Virus record (IMG/VR): IMGVR_UViG_3300028394_000002
Location: 1-64,000 of that record
Direction: 5' to 3' (one strand)
Length of the DNA stretch: 64,000 nt
Source: a virus
The position numbers and the translations under genes are program-made. Positions 58,601 through 64,000 of the stretch are shown here, in pieces. Position 1 is the first letter of the stretch; every line of letters starts with the position of its first letter. The notes under the pieces are model-generated. The model was not told the origin of the DNA. It ran no database searches and saw only the letters and a list, made by a program, of their open reading frames with translations.

Positions 58601-59592
58601 ATTACGAATCGTTAAGTAATGAGCTTGATAAATTAGATTTTAATATGATAATTAATGTAATGAGTAATGAGTCATTATCTAATGATCAAAAATTACAAAA
58701 AAGTAAAGATCTCACTTTAGATAGAAATAAGTGGCTTCAAGAAACTGTTAATATTTTAAATTCTTTACTATCTAAAATAGATTCTACTATTCCTAAATTA
58801 GAGCCTATAAAAGCTACAAAAGAAAATACAGCAAGTATATCTAACTATAGTAATAAAGAAGTATTAGATAATTTAGTAGTTAATTTAAAAGCTAAAAATA
58901 AAAGTAGTCATGAAAGAGTTATGACTATTCTTAATAAGTATGGCATCTCATTTGATGCTTTTATACAAAATATAGAAGATTATTATAAAGGTACTGCTGT
59001 AGTTACTACTCCTTCTAATACTATGAATGGAGAGTCTTTATTTCCTACTACATCAGAACCCGTAGTAGTACCTAGTAAAAGAGTTGAAGCAGAAAAAAAA
59101 GCTTTGCGAATTTTAAATATGTTTGCAACACCTGGTAATAAAGAAGTTGAATATCAAGGTGACGAGGGGGTGCCTGGAACTTCAGAAGATGAGGATATTA
59201 CAGGTCAAAATAATAGTACAATAGGTAAAATTATTGCTACTATAAAAAAATTACCTCCTATACCATACAATATTACATCTAGTAGTGTAGAAGAGTTTAA
59301 AGATAAGCTAACAGATGAATTAGTAGATGCTGGATTATTAAATGATATTGTTGATGTAATTTCTAATATTGATAAGTTAGTTAATGAGCAACTATCTGGT
59401 TTAAGTGAGGAAGCTCCTGAATCAGTTAAAGAAGTATCTTCTAATCAAAAAGTTAATGAAGATAAAACAGTAGATCAAGTAGCAGAAGAAATAAAAAAAT
59501 GTACTGGAGTAGCATCTACTAAGAAACCAAGTGGTACTGAAACAGGTGACCTAAATAAGTTTAATGGTCAAAATAGAACTAAAAAAAAATAA
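52618..59592 (+). CDS. Giant cargo/ejection protein
   Basis: 2324 aa; Gly/Ala-rich hydrophobic N-terminal segments, long coiled coils; directly upstream of virion RNAP. Confidence 0.75.
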   Translation: MPENNNPSFDINFLLANAQSQGIIGSPYKNRQSLILPTEEVSQYDQGYMVPFEGDPMDSFYEHRAINQPGIDQLANGVVKGAGLAVTTFADTFGGTVYGIGNMIAKGAAGDIESGGDLLNAFVDNPFSNAMQDFNEGMESAFANYRTKAEQEGGLLDQMFDADKAANFWGDMFIKNLGFAGGAMAAGMVSGNLFSNLGKAFTQKKEVELFNKMTKSIATGEAKNIDEAIALLQQAPELTNTTAATVKGMLESGAKTYRNWNRANQITSSAIAATGEARIEALGNGRQFYDTNKKALDEEYFDPTTNRIKAGKEQEYEEKLKSLDENVKGFQNAEFLWNSVLLTASNFAGYRDMFAKNYALNAKRFENSIKMTALNELKAGENIATAIKPKWYSTLGKAAISSNREGMEEFFQGVVQKSAEDYYSGKFTGAKQGGITDIISSVGQGLSNSTNQEGLTNYFLGALTGLIMPGAGLYQSFKDANTENVEAQERAGEINKAFNEYSAELKQDPTRTIINFQEMLNRSANLDQAQQQALLSSDKYNYESLKHEKFYNLANAYIKAGKYEELSDMLKDETKLSADDIRNKYTIPVDPKDETKGKKSFFDAKWSDDEVMTYIRKQSSTNLKAVEDLKNVTEDLEAMFGEQIALVSDGDKTKQVAIKDILNRSLYLGETQDKRIIDVYNEVTATIMKVTNNAYVLADFSQLNPTTIKNLTTEDLDKLDGAIDSIAKLNISKIEQLDLIEKLNDLTQLIGERKAMNSAWIRLTNNNFTQTLNIIAKADKEAVDTKAAEEAKQLSDKEKINIVRENSKRAGWVDKGGNGIIGNQFVMKVAGKNTAFELVPINITELRKEFEDEKNKALEGLDPITDKEKIADIIQKYNDKLQSIIEDRKTKGLLLKNIKTGEYVKNKKGVLQLFNEEFIVKYFDKINFVNKQQTLINKVKSTAIKTNAAKIKALEAVANTLNKEIITTIEEAKKVLLEQNALKEELAFQKEYYKLVGNIKEKGAINKSIKALEQRIAELEKVKEDISRVFNQLASQKNDLLLVVEEMKDSFKKGLDFSLNEFLEKLDQMNLESIDKIWAKKLSKDLEELANTDDIDYALNQLSILKDNVTEQIAALRKQVELLQTAINESDDFKNWVFATKIDDLPQWFKVKWKVADKYNLTTAELLEDPKIRALADYIFKKFATTYNLTIEEARAEFNKDLEEINLNLNYVNRQSLENEAVVTKQQLAELEQNLIDINNLIRFNNNRKLFENLNNALQSIKIEYSTILNRDRKDEISNLPDSQKAGDEEFNPKPIHTEIASRVLNSNALSDHLFYTTNMTVEYETNAEGKLETVYDADGYPVINKNEDSIRWNNFLEQNTPDITNSKYVLRTYLLSGAKIPADLKIDALKRISNGGGIHDPANDIVTVLVNTADGEFVKSDDQGEVSKTGKYVYTFLPKADTLIDNKGKSKVNLNALVNFFMRNASMEVKDPTNIHLTDPTKYITVGEKKLTPSQFKELVTNFAKANYNEFIAELKANMEANETTYLKAPGVTNGILLTRESNKDVAKSPMSSVAEVLKNKRGLDSQKPEDLENIGVYVIDNSEVWEIPGSGIKIKNGKKGAVIVYNKKTKEYFYANQRKISTEDKKLIIYYLQQSRTQTESSLSEKKLNIGNDGKSYYIADNMGNNEKVTDVPIFGKTGTLSLMNNIIFWGGSKNPGSKNTIYLKSNKVYFSNPNQGWAITAIDLANLDNPKYNLDFMAFLDTKRHNISKNMFATNKFYKHPYINGKGELAWKTYPNGYKEFLLNSKDPILITNAVSSNSKYNGNKMLFASKNVILDSSNNGKPKILNKLQTQPEPEPAPKPASTPGAKPSSGPAAGKDAPTEVEFDENKIVFGGNLPAGLRGASASATPVPTAKNLFEEVVEAHYGSFIYQSSKFTEQAGLRAPEIYGTNFEKVFRSIIKNKGLDSIIRAALFSRIGFIFENRLTNKTTGIQELVEYINKSFNLNIKIDSKNYESLSNELDKLDFNMIINVMSNESLSNDQKLQKSKDLTLDRNKWLQETVNILNSLLSKIDSTIPKLEPIKATKENTASISNYSNKEVLDNLVVNLKAKNKSSHERVMTILNKYGISFDAFIQNIEDYYKGTAVVTTPSNTMNGESLFPTTSEPVVVPSKRVEAEKKALRILNMFATPGNKEVEYQGDEGVPGTSEDEDITGQNNSTIGKIIATIKKLPPIPYNITSSSVEEFKDKLTDELVDAGLLNDIVDVISNIDKLVNEQLSGLSEEAPESVKEVSSNQKVNEDKTVDQVAEEIKKCTGVASTKKPSGTETGDLNKFNGQNRTKKK

Positions 59593-59595
59593 CGA

Positions 59596-62500
59596 ATGGC
59601 TAAAAGTTGTCCTAATCCAAAACACCCAGATTTTAAAGCATTAGTAAGTCAATATGGCGAACTTAATGCTTATAAACTTTACTATAAGAATAATAGTAAA
59701 ATACCAACTACTCAAGAAGTTAAAGAGATAAAACGTCTAGACCCTAAGGTTATGACTAAGTTTATCTTTGAAGGTGTTGAGTTATCTACAAATGAACAGT
59801 CTGAATTATTTGAAGGTTTAAAGTATTACTTTATAAAGAATTTAGTAAATAATTTAAGTAGTCTAGATGATTTTAGTAATCTATTAGATGATACTTTATC
59901 TACTTCTAAATTCCAACAAGTTTATCAAGAAGCTTTATTAGATATGGTTAGTATGTTTGATGGTACTAATCCTAGACATATGGAAATAGCTTCTGCTATC
60001 TCTCGTGACTTTCCTACTAGTTTTCTAGCAGACTACTTTAAATTTACCTATCCTGAAGATAGTGATCATGCTAATCTTATTTTAAATACATTTAAAGTAA
60101 AGATAGCTAACCTATTTAAATTTAAAGAAGGTGATGAAGATACTTCATTTGAATTGCAAAGTTCTATTGAAGAAGTTAGAGATAATTGGAATACTGAATC
60201 TTTAGAGCAGAATAGAAAAGATAGTTTTTCTAGGGCCATTAAGTTACTTATATCAGGTATACCTAAGTTAAGTAAGCAAAATTTAGTAGACAATCCTACA
60301 GGATACTCTGTAGATGATTATAATAATGCTATTTTAAGTGATAACTTAAATTTAGAATCTCCTATTGCCCAAAGTGAAGCTAATGACTTACTAATGAATG
60401 TATTTGTTAATCAGCCTGCTGATATAAATGCTTTTATGAGAGTTATTAAAAATGAGAGAAAAACTAATCCTACTATTGAATGGTTACATCAAAAAGTATT
60501 TTATCCTGAACAATTTATATTTGATGATAAAGGTAATGTACTATCTTTAAAAGATAATAATGAATCTAATTTACCAAGAATATCTTTAATAAATAAATTT
60601 ATATCTTCTTTTTCTAACACTAAATACGAATTTATTAACCAAGTTATTAATGGCGATGAGATAAAATCTCAAAATGCTGATACTAATAACATGCAAAATA
60701 GAATGTTAAAAGAGTGGAGTGGGCAATTAGATATTGCTTTTACTGAAAATAAATCTAAAATAATTAACACTCTTAATGATAAGTATTCTAGCGAAGAAGA
60801 GATTTTAAAAGCTATAGGCTTTCCTTTAGCTTCTAAAGGTGTTATAACATCTAAAAAGAAAATAAAGGTCTTAGCAGGCTCTAAAACATTCTTTGAAGTT
60901 TATGCTGCTTTTCTAGGAGAATTTAAAACCTTTATAAAGAATGGTGGAAATCCTATAGATATATTCCAACAAGTAGGTAAAGAGCCTTCTACAATTAATG
61001 TTCTAGCTACGGCTATGATAGAATTTAATGCTCCTTATAGAAATGATTATGATAATCAGCTTGCTAATGTTAGTGGTAATAACGTATCTAGTATTAATTT
61101 AAATACTTATCAAACTTTAGTAATTAATAACTTAAATAGAGTTGTTGACTTAGTTAGAGATGAGTTAGGATATGATGGAGTAGATGCAGATACATTTAAA
61201 GATGTATATTTAAAACGATTAAATGAAATATACCCTGAGATACTTAATAGTTGGAGTTATGATAGTATTTGGTTAAATAAATATCTAGCTAAAGGTACTA
61301 AAATAACAATGAGTTTAATTGCTGGTACTACTGCAGATAATGATGGGTTACCTACAAGTAAACTAGTAGAAAGTGATTTATGGAGTAGTTTTTTAAATAA
61401 TACTTTAGAGAATAACTTTCCTGCTATTAAACACGCTGATAGAAGTATGTTTCCTTCTTATAGTTTTGGGTATGGGGTAACTGATATATTTAGTGATATT
61501 GCTAGTAATTATACACCTACAAGCAATTGGAGAAGTATATTTAAAGGTTACTTACATGATTACTTTGTAAGTGAGTTAAAACGTGTTAGAAAAACTAGAG
61601 GTGATTATAAAGCTTATATAGAAAACTACGATACATTAGGACAAGAGTTTTTAGTATTTAATGGTATACTTGACACCTTTAAAAAAGATGCTAGCCATCA
61701 AGCTAGATTAGAAGCTTTAATTAATTCAGATGAATTAGATTTTACTGGGAATAATTTTGTAAATAAACAAATGGATTCTTGGATAAATGATTACTTCGCT
61801 AAAACTAAAGCTGAATCTAGATTAGCTGGTATAAATGAATTAACTCCTGGAGCAGGCTTAAATAAAAATGTAATTAGTAATTTAACAGAATCTTTTAAAT
61901 CTAAACCTGATACCTTTGAATTTTATGATGAAGCTATTGAGTTAGCCGCTGCTAAATTCTTTGTAGGAGCTGTAGAACAATCTAAGTTATTTTTAGGTGA
62001 CCCTGCTTTTTATAAAATTAAAGGGTTTACTAATAACTTAAATAATGCTAGACAAGTAACTGCTGAAGAATCTATTTTAATATATGACTTTGTTAAGAGG
62101 GCTAATATGCAATCATCTACTAAGCAAGTTATGATAGTAGATAATGTAACTAATAGTTACTTAGAGAGCCTATTTAACAGTCCTAACTATAAGATAAAAT
62201 TAAAAGATGGTGAAGAGTTTTTTTACAGAAAAAAATTTGATGGTACTTTAACTGAATTAGTTATTGACGATCCTAGAGTTGTAGCTCACATTAGAGAAGA
62301 ACTAGCAAAGATATATCAAAATGATTTAGAATCTTTTGAAGCTTACTTTCCTAAAGGAGGGTTTGAAGAAACAGATGGTTATTCTTTAGGTAATATATTC
62401 TTTGCTGCTGAAAGTATTTTTAGAACTGAAGGTATTAGCAGTAGTAGACTAGAAGTAGTTAAAAAAGAGTTAAAAGCTTTATCTGCTAATTCTCAAGAAG

Positions 62501-64000
62501 AGTTATATGGATTATATGAAATACCAGAGTCTTTTGATACTCCTGAGAAAATAAATAATTATATGAAGAATGTAATTAGACCTTTTACTCAGCAGAAGTA
62601 TCAATATGTTGGGCCTAACTATATGATGAGTAAAGAAAACTATGCTCAACAAGATCCTGAAACTAGAACAGGTGTAATATCTAATCGTAAGAATTCTTAT
62701 GGTATGCTTATACCTTCTTTAATTAGAGGTACTATTCTTGAAGATTTAAATATCTTTATGTTAAAGAATGGTATTGATACAATACATTTTGCTTCTGCTT
62801 CTAAAGTAGGAGCTCCTATTAGAGCTTCTAACACTCGTAGATTATTTTATACGCCTACAATAGTAGATGGTCAAATAGTAGGATTTGAAGGTTTTAATAA
62901 TGAACCTTTGCAACCTGGAGATATGGGTACATTAGATTATAGATATCTAGGTAAACAAAATGAAATAGCTTTTGAAATTAAACCTAAGGTAACTGATTCT
63001 ACACAAGGTAGAAAGACTATCCTTAGTGGTATTATGGAAGATGGTGAAAGACCTATTGATTTTAATGGTTCTCCTGAGCAGTGGGCTTCTTTAAGTGACT
63101 TAGATAAATTAAACCAATCTAAACTTTGGAATAATGCTGTTGAATATGAAAATATTTATTCTGAATTAGTTGAGCAATTAACAGTAGAGTTATTAAATGA
63201 ATATAATACTACAGAAGGAACTAATTCATTAACTATTAATAATGGAGCTAAGTTTGCTAATTTAATTAGAAAAGCTGCTGTAGAAAGAGGAAGTCCTGAT
63301 AATATACTAGAAGCTATTACTGATTGGGTTAACGATGAAGGAGGATTAAAGTATATTGAAAGTTTATCTAACTACCCTAAGATACAATATATCTTAACTA
63401 GTTTAGTTACTAATAACTTACTTATCTTAAAAAGAAATGGTACTATGCTAGCTCAAGCTCCTAGTACTGGATGGGAATCTGGTAATAGAGAAGCGAGTAA
63501 TGGTAAAGCTGTAGGCGGAGCTTTTTTAAAATTTTATGAATTTAGTTATGATAAAGATGGTAATATAATTGAAGTACACCCAGCTGAATGTGCACTACCT
63601 TTTCCAATAGAAAAGCTACCTGGCCTATTTAAAAAGTACAGAACTAAAGATATTATTAAGGCTATTGATTTACTTAATGCTGATATAGAAGCTGGTTTTG
63701 TACCTCCAATTATAGTTAAAGGTTTAAGGATACCTAATCAACAGTTTAGCTCTAATGATGTACTACAAGTTAAGAAGTTTTTATATCCAATGTATACTCA
63801 AACTATTATAGTACCTAATGAGATTATTGTAAAGACTGGAGGTGATTTTGATATAGATAAGGAAAGTTTATTCTTACCTTTCTTAGATGATAACTTTAAT
63901 ACTATATCTTCAGATAAGTTAGAAGGTACTAAAAAATTACAAGCTAGATTACTAGAAGTTGAAATAGAGATGTTATTAAACCCTGCTAGGATAGCTAGAT
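59596..64000 (+). CDS. Virion-packaged RNA polymerase (crAss-like, phi14:2 gp66-type), truncated at window end
   Basis: ATG 59596 (MAKSCPNPKHPDF); in-frame GLRIPNQ (~63721) and catalytic GGDFDIDK (63838-63861); missing from ORF track because there is no stop. Confidence 0.92.
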   Translation, partial: MAKSCPNPKHPDFKALVSQYGELNAYKLYYKNNSKIPTTQEVKEIKRLDPKVMTKFIFEGVELSTNEQSELFEGLKYYFIKNLVNNLSSLDDFSNLLDDTLSTSKFQQVYQEALLDMVSMFDGTNPRHMEIASAISRDFPTSFLADYFKFTYPEDSDHANLILNTFKVKIANLFKFKEGDEDTSFELQSSIEEVRDNWNTESLEQNRKDSFSRAIKLLISGIPKLSKQNLVDNPTGYSVDDYNNAILSDNLNLESPIAQSEANDLLMNVFVNQPADINAFMRVIKNERKTNPTIEWLHQKVFYPEQFIFDDKGNVLSLKDNNESNLPRISLINKFISSFSNTKYEFINQVINGDEIKSQNADTNNMQNRMLKEWSGQLDIAFTENKSKIINTLNDKYSSEEEILKAIGFPLASKGVITSKKKIKVLAGSKTFFEVYAAFLGEFKTFIKNGGNPIDIFQQVGKEPSTINVLATAMIEFNAPYRNDYDNQLANVSGNNVSSINLNTYQTLVINNLNRVVDLVRDELGYDGVDADTFKDVYLKRLNEIYPEILNSWSYDSIWLNKYLAKGTKITMSLIAGTTADNDGLPTSKLVESDLWSSFLNNTLENNFPAIKHADRSMFPSYSFGYGVTDIFSDIASNYTPTSNWRSIFKGYLHDYFVSELKRVRKTRGDYKAYIENYDTLGQEFLVFNGILDTFKKDASHQARLEALINSDELDFTGNNFVNKQMDSWINDYFAKTKAESRLAGINELTPGAGLNKNVISNLTESFKSKPDTFEFYDEAIELAAAKFFVGAVEQSKLFLGDPAFYKIKGFTNNLNNARQVTAEESILIYDFVKRANMQSSTKQVMIVDNVTNSYLESLFNSPNYKIKLKDGEEFFYRKKFDGTLTELVIDDPRVVAHIREELAKIYQNDLESFEAYFPKGGFEETDGYSLGNIFFAAESIFRTEGISSSRLEVVKKELKALSANSQEELYGLYEIPESFDTPEKINNYMKNVIRPFTQQKYQYVGPNYMMSKENYAQQDPETRTGVISNRKNSYGMLIPSLIRGTILEDLNIFMLKNGIDTIHFASASKVGAPIRASNTRRLFYTPTIVDGQIVGFEGFNNEPLQPGDMGTLDYRYLGKQNEIAFEIKPKVTDSTQGRKTILSGIMEDGERPIDFNGSPEQWASLSDLDKLNQSKLWNNAVEYENIYSELVEQLTVELLNEYNTTEGTNSLTINNGAKFANLIRKAAVERGSPDNILEAITDWVNDEGGLKYIESLSNYPKIQYILTSLVTNNLLILKRNGTMLAQAPSTGWESGNREASNGKAVGGAFLKFYEFSYDKDGNIIEVHPAECALPFPIEKLPGLFKKYRTKDIIKAIDLLNADIEAGFVPPIIVKGLRIPNQQFSSNDVLQVKKFLYPMYTQTIIVPNEIIVKTGGDFDIDKESLFLPFLDDNFNTISSDKLEGTKKLQARLLEVEIEMLLNPARIAR

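Noticed and set aside
59578-59600. A9 run at the end of the 2324-aa gene as a slippage site fusing it to the RNAP
   Set aside because: The RNAP ATG (59596) is in the same frame after TAA, and a -1 shift meets TAA within a few codons.
6838-60293. Short antisense or overlapping track ORFs (6838+, 12711-, 13093-, 20137-, 24832-, 26231-, 31117-, 32542-, 32655+, 34272-, 42413-, 43546-, 44648-, 45928-, 46771-, 47471-, 50258-, 55086-, 60066-)
   Set aside because: Shadows of longer genes with no recognisable motifs, and nearly all oppose the local transcription direction.

Overview
AT-rich segment of a crAss-like (Crassvirales-type) podophage with a probable Bacteroidota host, inferred from gene order and the A-rich, mostly SD-less start contexts. 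Genetic code 11 fits and there is no sign of stop-codon reassignment. Positions 1-11.5 kb are on the minus strand. They hold a family A DNA polymerase split by a group I intron that carries an HNH endonuclease, many small hypothetical genes, a DUF1566-like gene with a DGR-type variable region, a tRNA-like RNA with no anticodon arm, and long helix-rich non-coding tracts. Positions 12-64 kb are on the plus strand. They hold the packaging/head module (HU-like, GroES-like, terminase, portal, zincin, scaffold, MCP), tail and fibre genes, a lysis cassette, ring and muzzle proteins, giant cargo/ejection proteins, and the start of the virion RNA polymerase (DFDID motif). Most notable: (i) an apparent programmed -1 frameshift (A_AAA_AAG followed by a hairpin/pseudoknot) at 50975-51030 that would add a ~540-aa extension with an NNPGN lysozyme-like domain to a cargo protein; (ii) a 1643-aa modular cargo protein punctuated by repeated xxGG linkers; (iii) candidate large ncRNAs around the strand switch; (iv) a DGR-like target with no template or RT in the window. 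All family assignments come from motif recognition and synteny, not database searches.
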